This document shows positions 13,110 to 27,314 of a DNA stretch of 64,000 nt, in pieces. The stretch's first letter is position 1. Every line of letters starts with the position of its first letter. The position numbers were made by a program, and so were the translations under genes. The stretch is taken from positions 2,245,030 to 2,309,029 of the forward strand of contig NW_015166417.1 in NCBI RefSeq assembly GCF_001447785.1, read 5' to 3'. The DNA is from Gekko japonicus (lineage: Eukaryota). The notes beneath the pieces are model-generated. The model ran no database searches and had not been told where the DNA came from. It saw nothing but the letters and a program-made list of their open reading frames with translations.

Positions 13110-13275
13110 CAAGTGATGCTCTCTATTCTTGGTGCTTGGGGGGGGGGACATCTAGTGTCCTGGCCCCACTGGTGGACCTCCTGATGGCACCTGGTATTTT
13201 TGGCCCCTGTGTGACAGAGTGCTGGAGTGGATGGGTCATTGGCTTGATCCAACATTGGCTTCTCTTATGTTCTTA
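13110..13275 (+). mobile_element. CR1 LINE 3' end
   Basis: ctggagtggatgggtcattggcttgatccaacattggcttctcttatgttctta, a CR1-type terminal hairpin plus octamer tail. Confidence 0.7.
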
Positions 13276-13755
13276 TCAAAATGACAATAACGACCCTCAC
13301 CCGACGGGACGTGAAAGCCGGAAGCTGCAGTCCGAAGCAGTGCGCGCCAGAGAAGGAAGCCATCAGAGCCTGCCTAGAGTTGGTCGCCAGCCACCCGGAC
13401 GCCAGGAACAACGCCTGAAGCCTGCCGATGAGGAGGTAATAGGCCGCAGGGTGCTGCTAGGTAATCCCCTCCCCGTGAATCTGTGGCCCTAGCTAGGTAA
13501 ACAAACTACGAAAGTAGTACAGTGTAAACCGCTCTGAGACCCATTAGGGGGGTCATGGGCGGTATAGAAATTGGAAATGTAATGTAAAACAATAATATCA
13601 AACCATTTAGAATATAAGGTACTGTTCAGTCATCTTTACACCTACACTTTGATGGCCGTCTACACATCTCAAAAATTAAGGAAGAAATAAAGGAATTTTT
13701 TGCTGGTACAAAGAAAATAAGATTGGACTTTTTTCAAAATGTAACTGATACTAAC

Positions 13756-14426
13756 CTGAAGGGGTGATAATGTGAAAGGACTCAATCCCATTGGGCTTGG
13801 TGAAGAGGCAGAACCAACAAGTGGAGATGGGACAGGCGAAGGTGATTTGGATGGAGGATGAGAATGAGGAGTGAGTGAAGACGCGGCGGCAGCTGGCAGG
13901 TCCGTATGGGTAACCGATGTGTCATCACAAGGAGTTCTGGGCAAGAGACTGAACCACTGCCTGCTCTTTTCCGTAAGAGTCTTTAACAGTTGGTCATTTG
14001 AAATTAATGGAGCACTGTAAAACTTCCCTGGCCCACTTGCAAGAGGATTAAAGAGATTATTTGGATCGGACTTTTCACTGCTGCTTTGTGATACAGAGGG
14101 CTGGTGGCTACAGAGTGAGGTTTTAGAGCTGTTTTGATAAGATAACGAGCACCCATTCGCGGCACTGCCGTTGGCTTTCTGGGATGTAATGTCAGTTTCA
14201 GGAGGCATTTTTGCTACCTCCAACAGTTTGCTTAGCTTAGAAAAAGAGCCAGGTTTTTGCAGGAACAGATTCGTGCTGTCCTTTTCTTTGAGATCTTCTT
14301 TCTGATCACACTGATTTGGGTTTAAACAGCTTAATTTTTCCTCAGAGGTCTCAAACATCTCTTCTTTGATATGAATGTTTTTGGCCTTTTTCAGCTTCTC
14401 TTTTTCTTTTGCAATTTCTTCCAGAC
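13756..14426 (-). CDS. BAZ2B: BAZ2B large exon (G)LEEIAKEK...FTLSPLQ
   Basis: gtgcctag|GT CTG GAA ... CTT CAG|gttagt; 671 nt; NLFLQKPGSFSKLSKLLEVAK and QWFSLLPRTPCDDTS. Confidence 0.96.
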
Positions 14427-14430
14427 CTAG

Positions 14431-14463
14431 GCACACACACAAACACACATACACACACACACA
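14431..14463 (-). repeat. (TG)n tract replacing the polypyrimidine tract of a BAZ2B acceptor
   Basis: Sense strand tgtgtgtgtgtgtatgtgtgtttgtgtgtgtgcctag|. Confidence 0.85.
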
Positions 14464-17400
14464 ACAATACCATTACTTAACAAAGCCATAATGAAGCATG
14501 TTATGAGAACAACAACAACCTCCACACGCTCATGTGCTCAAGATTTAGAAAATATAGCTGTAAAAATGGGAAGAAATTAGTTGGATTCTCTAAACTGTAA
14601 ATGGAAACAGATCACTGAATGGATCTTTCCTCCTTTAGCTTGCAGCTTCCAGTGCCCCCCCCAAAAAAAAAGTAGGGACAACCCACACGAACCAGAGTAG
14701 GATGTAGCATTGGGGGGGGGGGGCTACAGATAGAAGGGGAAATTGGCAGAAATAATCCCCTGCTTCTTGTACTAGGACTTGTCTTTGAAAAGTTCGTGCA
14801 AGAGAAAAGGTTGATTTCTGTCTTTGAAAAGTTCATGCAAGAGGAGAAGGGACTGATTTCTTCTGAAGCCCTCAAACTGAAGCTCTCCCCATGCTGCCTC
14901 CCCTTCTGTTCACAAGGTGTCTCCCAATCCTCAGGAGAAGATATTAGAAGATTCAAGAGGCTATAGGAGAGAGGGAGGGAGAAGAGGGAGGCATCCACTC
15001 CAAAGGATCTGCTCAGGCACTTAAACCAACAAGCCTAAGGGACCGAAGTAAACACACATATGTATAGCTTTGTTTAGCAGGAAATTGTGAAATTGGCTTT
15101 TTAGCAATGTGTTCAGTTTTGGAATGAAAAGGCAATGGCATTTTCCAGATTATCCAGAATGAGGAGACAAACTAAAGTAACAGCAGTCTGCCTTGAGGTG
15201 GAGCCACCGTTTCTGAGTGCTATCCCACTTCAAAAGAAATCCCATTGCATGAACTGAGAACATCAAGGAGAGGGCTATGCTGAACCTTTCTCTCTGATGA
15301 ACTAGTTTACTGAGTAGATAGAAGGCTATTTTGTTCATACAGAAGAGCATAAAAAATTAATGCATGTACATGTACATGCACAGTCTAGAATTCCACCTAA
15401 CCTTAACCTCATCCTGTCATCTCATTGTATATAATGCATAGAGCACCCCTCTTATTGTGGAGCAGGAAATTCCTTAATTAGCAGAGCACACCCTTCAAAG
15501 CCCAGTGAATTCAGCTTGGTTTACCAACCTCAGGGTGGGGCCTAGAGTGCCCCCCCAATGCTGCTCCTAGGGGATGGGAGACCCTCCCCCAGATACAGTA
15601 TGAGTGGGGAGTCTGAGGTCTACAGAAGAAGGAAGCCACAGTACAAATCAGTTTTTGTATGTGATAATCTAATGTTACTAAAAACTGTCTAGGCTTTAAC
15701 AATGTCATGTAATTCATGTAATTAATCAATATATTTATGCCCTACTTTTGCAGCCAGATTGGCTCCCAAAGCAGCTTGAAGTTGAAACCTATCACAATTT
15801 TAATTAAAGTCAGATGCACAGTTCCACTGGGTTTCTATTTTTCCCTACTATGCCAAGGAAACTGCGTCAAATAATGGAGTGTTTCTTAGGCAGAATACTG
15901 AGAAGCTTTGATTGTCAATCATTAGAGTAAAGGTGGAGGTTTTAATTCTCCACTCTAGTCTCCACCGTATAACTTTTGGTGGTTTTTAAAAGCTGGGTCC
16001 TATGTTGTCCCTGCCTGTTGATAAGGATTTCCTTCTGGAAGGGAGCCTCCACAGATCTGATGCAATTAATTTAAATCTGATTTAATTTAATAAAATTAGG
16101 CTGTTTTAATTTTTTTAATCTGTGGTCATTCAGAATATCTGGTCATTATATAGTAACTATAAATCTGAATATACAGGCAAATAGATAATTGCCTCCATCC
16201 AGTTCAAGTAACATGGTTACATGTCTAATTCTGTCAGAATGTGGCTAGGCAGTTGCACCCAAATGCATATATCAATTCAGTGCAGATGGCCAATGTTATG
16301 AGAACAATTCAGTGCGGATGGCCAGTGACTTGGATCACTTTGATGGAAAGATGCCTACCACTGCAGCCCAAAATGACCCCCATGGTACTCCTGGGGGACA
16401 GGAGACCCCCGGGAACACTATGAGGGGGGAAACAGCAGAAGAAGGAAAAAATCAGCAAAATCAGCCTCCCTAACATCAGTGGAAATGTTAGGCATGAATC
16501 AACCCAACAATCCTATTTGCACTTGTGGCTCCTAAGAAGACGACCCATGTGTAGAAGGTGCTTCCATACTTCTCTCAACTAGGGTACTTTAAGTATGTTG
16601 AAATGCAAACCATCAGAACAATATTAGCCACCTGTTTAACAAACAAAGGTTTTATCTTTCAGAGAAGAGGGGAGAGTTCTTGTTTTAACTCAGTTCCCAC
16701 ATTTTCTATTAGGATGTGTCAACAAAAAATTAATAAAAAATTGTCACAAAGAACAAAAGAAAACAGACAGTAGCAGAGAAGGGAGAAGACTGCAGGGACA
16801 GCAAGTGCTCTGCATGGCAGCCATTTGTTTGCTTAGTTTCCACATCACTTAGTGCAGCTGCATAATTACAGATAAGCAGAGGTCAGTGTTTATGGTTGTG
16901 ACTGCTAGCACCTGCACGGGTGTTTGCAGTTTCTACAAAATCTGAATTAATTTCCAAAAGGGAGGGAGAATAGTACTGTCCTAATTTTCTGATTACCCTT
17001 CTCAGAAATTTTGGAAAGGTTCACCTTTGCGGTGATGTTACATTTGGACATTAGTAACAGAGTTCAGAAAAATTGTGAGAGGTACATATCTCACAAAGCT
17101 GAATGTGGGTGGGCAGTACATTCACCTTTATTCCCTACTGCAGTCCCTACCACATTCTAATCATTGTACCTGGCAGAGAGTCAACCTCCACTTTTAAATC
17201 AGTAATTTAAAGAAGTGTCTCCGCCCCACAAAATGTTCCTTGTGATGTCTGCCCAGATTGTCACACTAAAACCATTGCCCCCTGGAAGTACAGATGACTT
17301 GCAAAAAGGTCACTCAGAGACTATCTCAGTCTGTTATTTCAAGCTGCCATTTTGCTGAAGTCATCCCTGCCAGTGTTAACCCCACTGCTTCATTCTGCAA

Positions 17401-17641
17401 TCCAGAGAAGGCTCATAAGATCCAGAAGTGTTCCATTCTAAGGTCAGCAATCTTTCCTAACAGCGTCATGCAGGGATCAGCCCACAATTTAGATTTATCC
17501 TTCTCAGTTCTCTATTGAAAGAATTTCTCAATACCAAAAACAAAACAACAAAAACCTCACCCCTCCAGTGAAAAACCCTCAAAATCAAAGCTTGTAAGAA
17601 GCCTAGAAATGACTGAATCATTCCTATGACTACCTCATTAC

Positions 17642-17786
17642 CTTCTCCACTTTCCATGCCTTCAACAAAAATACCCCCACATTGTGGCAGAATCCAGTAT
17701 CGACGTCTGTAACGATCCTGGCCGAACATCATTGAACGTAAAGAGTGAGATGCTTCAAATAACTTTCTTCTGTATTGGTTTTGTTG
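17642..17786 (-). CDS. BAZ2B: BAZ2B exon QQNQYRRKLF...GQDRYRRRYW...ESGE(G), WHIM2/WSD N-terminal part
   Basis: aaacag|CAA CAA AAC ... GAA G|gtaatg; 145 nt. Confidence 0.96.
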
Positions 17787-20005
17787 CTGTTTGGTTGTAA
17801 AGAAATGCATTGTTATAATGTGTTCTATCACCCTCACCCCTCAATTTTTTCTTCATTATTTATTGATCAGTTAGATTTATATCCTGTTCTATCATGGGGA
17901 CTGCCAGCATCTTACAGCAGTTCTTGAAGTTTGTTTCTTTTAAGGCCAGATTTATAAACATGACCTTTTATAGAACCAAAATATAAAACAAGTGCAGTTG
18001 TTGTTGTTTTTTTAAAAAAACAACCACTAAAACAAAACCCTTAAAAAACTAATGCTAAGGTATTTGGTGGTTCAATGGAGACTTTCTAGACATATTAGCT
18101 GTTTCAACAGAAAGGTCTCATTTGTCTCTGCCAATACCCTTGAGACAAAGAGCCAGATTGGTTATAGAATATCACAGTTGATGGATTTGAGCCACCTTAA
18201 ACATTTCATTTTCTCTTAAAGGGTGCATTCTGCAATGCTGTCTCCTATATTTTTGGTACCAAATTTGCAGAGGAGAAAGGGATCAATAGTTTCCATTGCA
18301 TGACAAGAGATGAAATCTTATCAATTATGCAGCACAGCAAATGGCATACGTAGTTATAAACTAGCCAGGCCACAAGAGATATTGTAGCTTATGATGGGAA
18401 ATTAATGAGATAGTCTAACTGTCTTTGAGAGAAAATCATGTTTAGTATTATCTCTTGGAGAAACACACACACACATAAATTTAGGTCATGCCTGCACATT
18501 TGTGCTGTGATGATGTGTTGTCATGCTCTTGCCTTCTGTTGCACTGCACTGCAATGACTGACTGCAATCATTCTGCACTGCAATGACTGACGAGCGACAA
18601 TCACCCATCAATGGAATACGTGAGCTGGAAGCAAGATGCATCAGAAAATGCAGTTCACTTGAGTTTGCTAACTTCAGGTTGGGAAATTGCTAGCGAATCA
18701 GAGGTGGGAAGGAACCACAGTGGGGTATAATGTCACAGAGTCCATCCTCCAAAGCAGCCATTTTCACCAGAGGAACTGATTATGTAGTCCAGAGATCCAC
18801 TGTAATTCTGGAAAATCTCCAGGGCCCACCTGGAATTTGGCAGCCTGACTTGAGATGGGTGGTACATTTGGTCCTGTCAATGTGCGGGAGGGCAGGTGGA
18901 GCTTTAAGCGGTGGGGGGGGGGTAGCAACAGAGATTTTATGAAGGATGCATAGTTGAAACAGGACTTTCAGACAGTCGTCCCATTTCCTGACAAACCACC
19001 CATTACTCTGTAAATCCGTATCTCTCAATGCCTTTGTGGGGAGCTCCACAGTGCAATCCTGTACAGTTACTCCAGTCTAAACCCATGGATTTAGACAAGA
19101 ATAACTCTGCACAGGATTGCACTGCCAGATACAGATTGACCATGCGATGTGTGGTTTGACCCTTATTTTGGGGGTGGGTGGGTTTCCAATTGTGTTTTAC
19201 CACAGCCCAGAATGAGAAACGATTCCCTTCAGTTTTCAAAAACAGTCTGCAAGGCAGCATATGGAATCTGCTCTTCACAAAATAATGAAAGTCCACGTTT
19301 ATTTATCTGAAATGTTTTACCTACTTTTCCTGTGATTTGCAGGAGAAGGATTTAAAGATGGACTCTAAGAATTCAAATCATAGTTCATTTGACCATGTCC
19401 AAATATTAAACACTTGTTCATCTTTGGTTAGTTCCAGTAGTGCCAGGGCTATCTCCACCTTCTCAAGTTTCAAGACCCTCAAGTCACACAAGGCCTGTAC
19501 CAATCCCCAGCAGCCCACACAGTGGTTTAGGATGTTAGCAAAGTCACACAATCCAAACAAGATTATAGAGTGGTACTGTGCACTTTGGACCCCTTTACTG
19601 TAGTGCTCTTTGCATTCTTCTAGCTTAGTGCTAACAGTCCCAGAGTTCATACCCTTTAAGTCCACGGACTTCAACATACTTAGAAGGGTGTAACTCTGTT
19701 TAGGACTCCTGCACTCGTATTGTTTTTCAGAGGTTCAGTAAAATTAGGCTCAGCACCCCTTGAAGCAAAAAAAGTCAAAATGGCACAACCATCTCTTTAC
19801 TTGTCCTTTCCCAGAAACTGAAGCCCCTTTGTTGCTTTTGTTTGCTTCACCTGTAAAGCTGGCCCGCTACAGGCAAGTCCAATAAATTTGAGTGAATACT
19901 AAAACACCTATTTAAAAACAGGGGGGGGGGGGGAGAGAATAAACTACAATCTAAATTGACACATACCTAAATAAAAAAGATTTAGATATAATAGAGGCAT
20001 CTTAC

Positions 20006-20068
20006 CTTAGTCAGCTTGTCAATTTGTTTCTCTAGTTCCTCCACACTTGCTGTCTGGTCCCCATCATC
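20006..20068 (-). CDS. BAZ2B: BAZ2B exon DDGDQTASVEELEKQIDKLTK
   Basis: ggtag|GAT GAT GGG ... ACT AAG|gtaaga; 63 nt; phase 0/0. Confidence 0.93.
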
Positions 20069-21034
20069 CTACCACCAATAAACAAAATACAGTGGTTGCA
20101 TTATTCTCTAGAGGTTGATTACACTCCTTATAAACTACTAATGCTATCACAACTTTATGCCTTGTAAATTAATAAAACATAGCAAAAGTCATGTATTGGT
20201 TGTGAAATCTGGAACCCTGACATTTTTTTATCTGTGCAATGCAAACCCAGATTCACTTAACTGAGCACAGGGACAGAACCCAAGCAGAACTATTCCAAGG
20301 ACATGAAAATACAAAAACCTCCAACCTCACCAGCCTGTGGTATTCTTACAAGCAGTTTGCCCCACAGCTACACACTATAGCTGTTGGCCAGGATTAAGGA
20401 TAGCATTCTGTATGCAGGGATTTGGCAACTTCTTTTCCTTTTCCTCTTTATTAAAGAAACTTATTCATTCCCTGCACATAGGGTTGCATGCCCCCCACCC
20501 CCCAGTGGAGGCAGGAAATGTCCTATCCCCAGTATTTGTTTCGCACTATTGTTGGGCCAATGGTGTGATGTCATTTCCAAGAAAACCTGAAAGTGACACC
20601 AGCCCACTTTAGGGATCACCAGGGACTATATAGTTTTACCATAGAGTTTCTGCTGATTCCTCGAAGAGGCATGATGTTACTTCTGGGTTTCACACCACCA
20701 CCAATGGCTGCCCCCCATGTCCCTGCCTTCCTGTCTCCTGCTGGTTGCCAGGACATGGCAACCAAGGTTCCCTTTAAGCTGCACCAGTCTGTGCAGGCCC
20801 TTTTTTCATGCCCTCCCTTTCCTATTTCTCTCTTTCTTTCCACCTGGCCAGTCCCTGTTGGCTTCCCCATGCCTGGTCGCCAGAGCCGCGCTACTCCCTC
20901 TCTTCCCAACCCAGTGCCAAGGAGGAGGGGGTTTTCAGGGGGGGAATGGAGGAGGCTTTGCATTGGGGGGAAAGGGGGGTAGGATAGTGCCTCTTTGGGA
21001 CAGTGCGCTTATTCACCTGCACCCTTGCAGCCTT

Positions 21035-21600
21035 ACTTTTCTTCCTTCCTTCCTTTTCTTTCTTTTTTCTTTATTCCACCCACCAAGCCCCATCTGCTTC
21101 ATCTCAGTCTCCCCTCCTCACAGATAAAAAAGTTCTTTTATGCCCTCCCATTCCTATTTCTCTCTCTCTCTTTCCACCTCTCTTTTTCCACCTAGCTTTT
21201 ACTTTCTTTCCACCTATCTTTCTCTCTTTCTTTCCACTTCTCTCTTGTTCCACCTCTCACTCTCTTCCTTTCCATCTCCTCTCTATTTCCACCTCTCTCT
21301 CTTTCTTTTCACCTCTCTTTCTTTCCACCTCTGTTTCTTCCTTATTTCTTTCTTTCCTCCTTTCTTTCCACCTCTTGTTCTTTCTGTCTTTCCTTCCTTC
21401 TTTCTACCACTTTCTTTCCACCCCTTTATTTCCTTCTTTCCTCCTCTTTTTCTTTCTTTCCTCCTCTTGTTCTTTCTGTCTTTCCTTCCTTCTTTCTACC
21501 ACTTTCTTTCCACCCCTTCCTTTCTTTCTTTCTTTCTTTCCACCCCTTCCTTCCTTCCTTCCTTCCTTCCTTCCTTCCTTCCTTCCTTTCTTTCTTATGT
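21035..21600. repeat. CT-rich low-complexity/microsatellite tract (tttccacc, ttcc units)
   Basis: Almost pure pyrimidine + strand ending in (cctt)n. Confidence 0.95.
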
Positions 21601-22487
21601 TGTTCTCCATTCTGACATTTTATCTTTATAAAACCCTGTGAGGTAGGTCATCCAGAAAGTTTCTGCGGTAGAGTGGGGAATCAAACCTGTGTCTCCCAGA
21701 ACCTAATCCAGTGCTCTGACCACTACACCACACTGACTACACACAGGTGGTTCTAAATCCACACTGGCTAAGTTTATGGGAGGCACGTAAACTGATGCAC
21801 TGATACTAGTTGCCTATTGGGTATCTGAAATGGGACAGACACAGATGTTTTTCAAGAATGTTGAGGCAGTTTTCCTCTAGTATAGATACTTCCTCCATAC
21901 TATATAGTACCTTTTTCTTGCTTTTATTGGACAAGACTGCCCCTATTCACCCTCCCACATCAAGGTCTGGAAGTTATATTTACCCTTTTCAAGTTCAAAA
22001 TAAAAATAAAATAATGAGTCTTGGGGTTCATTATAACGGGATGTATGTTCAAATAGAAGACTTTGTAAAACTATAACCTCTTCTAAATAGCAAACTTGAT
22101 AGCCTCAGACATATCTGTAGGGTGGTGTAGGGGCATCTCACAAACAAGTTCCTCTCCAAGTATGCAGAAAAACTATTAGTTTGTATATTTTATCAAAAGA
22201 AGCACACACACACACAAAATAGTTTGATGACAACATAATTTTTGTCCTACAGGAGCCATAGAATATCTAGGGTAGTTGAATGTCAACATAGGAAAACAGA
22301 GAGGGTGGGGGATGAAATTAGTCTGCTTGAGCCCCAAAGAGTTCTAATATCCAGGAAGGTTTGTTCATTATGGATGGAATTTCCCAATTCTCTGCCTCCT
22401 ACTGTGATCATTTTTGTCACCAACAGAAATTCAACCTAAATGTATAGATTAACTATGTGAGGTAGATAAATATTAGAATCCCCGTAC

Positions 22488-22731
22488 CTCATCTTCACAA
22501 ATATCTGCTTTCTTTCCCTTTTTGTCATCCTTGTCCTCCTCATCCTCGTCATCTTCATCGGCTTGATCATCACTATAATCATCATCGTCGTCATCATAAT
22601 CGCTGTCCCCTCCCTTCCGCCTCCTTTTTCGGCCTGGTGTGGGTGTACCCAGTGAATGCTGCTCTTCTCCTATGTCACCTCCTCCAGAAATATCTCTTTT
22701 GCCTGTTTTCTTAGCATGAATTATTCTAAGC
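22488..22731 (-). CDS. BAZ2B: BAZ2B exon LRIIHAKK...acidic tract...DICEDE
   Basis: tttatag|G CTT AGA ... GAT GAG|gtacgg; 244 nt; RKRRRK basic motif followed by a D/E-rich tract. Confidence 0.95.
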
Positions 22732-25700
22732 CTATAAACACATGGTAGGCAAATGGTATTACTGAATGTTTGCCATAACATGCAAAAAGCTCCTCTTGCT
22801 AGGATTGCCAGCCCTGGGTTGGAAAATTCCTGGAGATACGGGGGTGAGGGTTGGGGAGGGTGGAGGTTTGGGGATGGCAGGGAGCTCAGCAGAGAGTCTG
22901 CCTTCTGACACTGCCATTTTCCCCAGGGGAACTGATTTCCATAGTCTGGAGATCAGTTGTAATTCTGTGAGAGCTCTAGTCCTCACCTTTAGGTTGGTAA
23001 GCCTATCCTCCGCACATCTCTGAAAACAAATCATATCCTTCCAGCTTCCATTATTCAGCAATTGTCTGCTACCTTGGTTTTGTTACCCTTGACTCAGTAT
23101 GTGAGAACTACCATTCAACTAACACTGGTTTCTATTTGCCATGAATATTTGGTGAAAATAAATTCTGTTTGTTATGAATGTTCAGGTTTGGGTAGACTTA
23201 CAACTCTTCAAAACATATGTAATCTTTCAGCAAATATTATTGGACTGGAATGAATTCTATTGAACATAACTAAAGCCCCATATAAAACATCTTAAAGACA
23301 AAAGAAGATATCAGTAGCTATTCTGTAAACTCAAGAAATACCTATTAATCCGTTTCACATTCTGGTCACTTTTGAATTCTCGATAATCTACTTTTCCCAT
23401 TCACGTTTTTAAGTCTCAGTGTCTACCCTTTGCATCTAAAGACCCAAGAGGTGAGAAAATTGATTTACAAAGGGGACAATAAACTGAAACACTTGATCCT
23501 GGATTATCCCAGTACAACTCTTTTCTTTGTATTTCATTTTATGGGATATTTTATTGAACATTATGCAGGAGGTTTGGAAGCATTGTGGGCAACATATACC
23601 TTAGTTTCATTTTTTTAATGAAACGAAAGAAACTTACATACCAGTAAGTACAGTTGTAGTAGCCCTTCCTCATCTCTTATACCCTACAAAAGAAGATTCC
23701 ATACAGCAGATGTTACAGCTCTACCTACCAGGAATCTAGCAGGCAAATATATTGAAACAACCTAGGAGGTATCGCAATAGCCAGGCTCAATACCCCTTTT
23801 TAATATTCTGACATACCAAAAAATGAAGAGATATGAAACTGTATCTGGAAAGGAAAAAGACTTTACAAGGAAGAAAAAGGAGGAAGAAAGAGTGCGAATT
23901 AGGATGGTAGAAGTAGAAAAATTACAGTAAACCAATGCTGCTATGTAATTTTTCAGTGTCTTATTCTTCCTTTCTTCTCCCATCTTACAAAACAGTATTC
24001 CATACAGCAAGTGGATAAGAGGCAGTGTAGGCATCTTCTTTAAAAAGCAGCCTTGGGAAAGTCTTTGATTAAAAGAAGAAACTGGATTTTAGGATGCTCA
24101 TCAGACTACAGAGAGAGAAAGGGACGAGGATGAGCAGGTATTCCTAGCTGACCTCTATTAATAATCTGTGCCTCTGCCCTTCCAATACAAAAGACAAAAT
24201 GTGTTTAAGACTTGACAGAGAACATGGTAGAATAAAACTGAATCAGGTATAAAACTCTTTAAAATATGTTCCATGTGTCAAGAAACAAAATGATTGTGTA
24301 TGCCTGATTTCTAAACGTCTGCATCACTGCTTTTGTTTACTGCAAAAATGGCTGAATTAGTAATCTGTAATGGCATAGCAGCTAGGCTTAGAACACTACA
24401 GTCTAACAATAATGTCCTGGGGGAAAATCCTAGGACTGGGTAGTTAGACTGAGAAAAATTCTACAACTCAATTTAAGTAGAATTGGAGACGGGGGAAAAG
24501 GGGGGGGATACTCTGCAGTCAGGAAAATTTCCTGTACCTTTGGGTGCTTTCTTCACACAGGGGGGAGAAAACAGATGAATAAGCAAACATATGGACTCCA
24601 AAGTCATCGTTAATGGTGCAATACTAACCAGAGTTGCACCTCTCTAAGTCTACAGAAGGCAATGGGCTTGGAAGATTGTACCTCTGTTTAGGATGGCATT
24701 GCAACTCCCACTGACAACCATTTAGTGCTTTGCACTAGCTGCTCATTTGGCTTTCCAGAAACATGCAGGCGTTTGTCTAGAAACTACAGCTAATCAAGAA
24801 CTGTAGCCGGTGTATTTAACTTTCCTGATGACAAAACTACAAGAAACAGCTATAAATAAAATTCTGCCAGAATATTTTTGTTTGTTACCAGTCACATTAT
24901 TGAAGTTTCTCAGCCTCCCTAAACTTGAGCTGAAGGACGGCAGGGATATCTACACAGTGCCCCAACAATGTTCACTAAGAAAAGAGACAGCCAATCTCTT
25001 AATTGATTTCATAAACAATGCTGCAGGATATATGAATTAAGAACTTCTGACATCTTTAGCAAAATGTAAATTGTCCCCAATACTGAAAACTATTGTCATA
25101 ATGAGAGAAGTCCAATAGACTCATATTTCCTTCTAATATAGTCAAGCTCATTAGTCTTGCTTACTAGAGCAGGATGGCCTTGGAGTTCCTTCGTAACCCC
25201 ATTATAAGAGGGGGTCCTTCCTGTTACCTGCCTTCCAACTGCGAAAGAGGCAGTATAGTGACTGAGTGAACTTGGTCTAGCCACTAAGACAATTCTACCT
25301 CCGTAGGCCTGGATGCAGGCAATCACTTTGTTACCTGGAGCCTCTTGGAGGTTAAAAGAAAATGCAATAAGTCAAGCAATCAGTAAATGTATCCAAGAGA
25401 TACATACAATGTGTGCATCTGCCTAATGTGTAAACAGAAATAATTCTGGTCTTCCAGTCAGTTGCTGTTGGCCTCTGTATCACGTTATGGTGAGAGAGCT
25501 ATGGTATTTAAATAATTAAATATAAAAGATGTATACAGAGTTCTGTTTAAAACAAATATAGGGTGGTTACATTGCATGAGAGAGAGAGAGAACGAGAGAG
25601 CATGCTATGGTAGTACCTTTTAGACATCCTTTCCTTACTGAAGTAAGAGCCAAGGCACCTTTTAGAGAAAGTTTTAGAAAAAGGAAGACTGAAAGGTGCA

Positions 25701-27239
25701 AATGGAGCACCAGAAAATCTAGGACCTGATTAAGACACTTCTCAGAAGGGTAATGCTGCTTGAAGGCTTAGCAATGGAAGTGCTTCATGCAGTGCAACTG
25801 CTGTGTAGAACACTTACTGACACACATAAAACTGGTGACCATGAGATAAACCAATTTCTGTGGCCTAGAAAAATTTCCTGTTGAGTAAGTAGGAGTCCTC
25901 AGCTAGTCAAAATGAAATTTATGAAAGGATGGACAAGGAGAAAGTAATCAGGTTTATCAGACATGATGACAGTAGGAAGGGAAACTGAGAAGAGTAACCG
26001 AGGAAAAAGATTTAGAAAAGAAAAGGAATCCTGTTTATTTAAAACTGCTTGCCAACTTCTTGCAAGAAGAGCCAGGGAAGAGCTTTAAAGAAAAAAGACG
26101 CGAACAAACCCCAAAATCTACTACTTACATTTTCTGAAAGGGCAGGAGAGAGTAGACTGACTTGCCCCTGAGGCAAGAGGCAGCAAACAGGCATCTGCCG
26201 GTAGAGGCAGCATCAAAAATTTTCATTAGCCCTTTGACAGAATAGATTATGTATAGTATTCTATATAGGAAGCTAAATTGTTGGAGGTGCCTCACAAATA
26301 CAGTCGTTAACCCTGCATAATTTAGGAGCCAGTAGTGTTAATAGCATTAAAATAGGTTTTTCTTCCTGCAATTTCTTTTAATTGTCTTTTGATTTCTTCT
26401 GTCTCCTTCTTGTTGTTCATCTTTACTTCTTCCTTCTGAGATACATTAGATAGATAGGTGGGAGGGAGAAACAGGATTAGAAACACAAGTATCTGAAGCA
26501 AAGGGCCCAGTAAGGACTCTTTCCTTTGCTAGACAAGAGAGAAACATGATTTGAAGAGAAGGAAATGGAGCCTTACTATGCATACCACCTGGCTACACAT
26601 ACCTCCTATGATTCACAGTAATTTCAACTTAAATTTCTATGGTAGATAGAGCCATTATACTTGCTGTATGGAATTTTATTTTGTACAATGGAAAAAAATA
26701 GGGGATGTAAAATTACATTCATTAAAAACTTGACAGTTTGCTCCATGGCAAACTGATGAGATTTACCTCACTGAATCATTCCCCCAGATCTACCACAGGA
26801 AATATTTAGTTTATACAGCCAACTCTGAGGTATTTTAATTAGATATCTTAGTTGTCTGAAAGTTTTTTAATGTAATTAGAGCAGAAAAATCTCAGCCTGA
26901 AAAATCTCCTTTCAGAATGATGCTAAAGTAAGTATGATAGTTGCAACCAGCTTTGACTAGCGCCAATTATAATTTGACAGCTCCAGAAATATTCAAATAA
27001 AAATTGGTCTTTTTTCACAGCATGCAAAATGACTTTCCTCCAGTTTGGAGTCCTATAAATTTCATATATCTTTAATGGATTTTCAGCAAGAAATCATGGG
27101 TCTTTAAAAATAATTTTCCATATTTACAGGAAATAAAAGTCACTTATAGTACTTGCTTTTATATGTCTTGTTTTTGCTTTTGAACCAATCATTATAACAA
27201 ATGTAAAACACTGAAACAGTTAAAAGAAATATCACTTAC

Positions 27240-27314
27240 TTTCGAAGTTTGCCTTCAACCATCCACTTATCTCTCCTTAAATTAGACATATAATCTATGT
27301 TTTTATCAATTTCA
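27240..27314 (-). CDS. BAZ2B: BAZ2B exon (S)EIDKNIDYMSNLRRDKWMVEGKLR(K)
   Basis: tttacag|T GAA ATT ... CGA AA|gtaagt; 75 nt; phase 2/2. Confidence 0.95.

Noticed and set aside
21003-21641. F/L/S/P-rich ORFs of 212 and 163 aa
   Set aside because: Translation of a CT microsatellite; no splice or homology support.
26355-26440. Minus-strand K/E-rich stretch (QKEEVKMNNKKETEEIKRQLKE) as the missing BAZ2B exon
   Set aside because: Wrong position and sequence; more likely a decayed LINE ORF1-like or low-complexity remnant.
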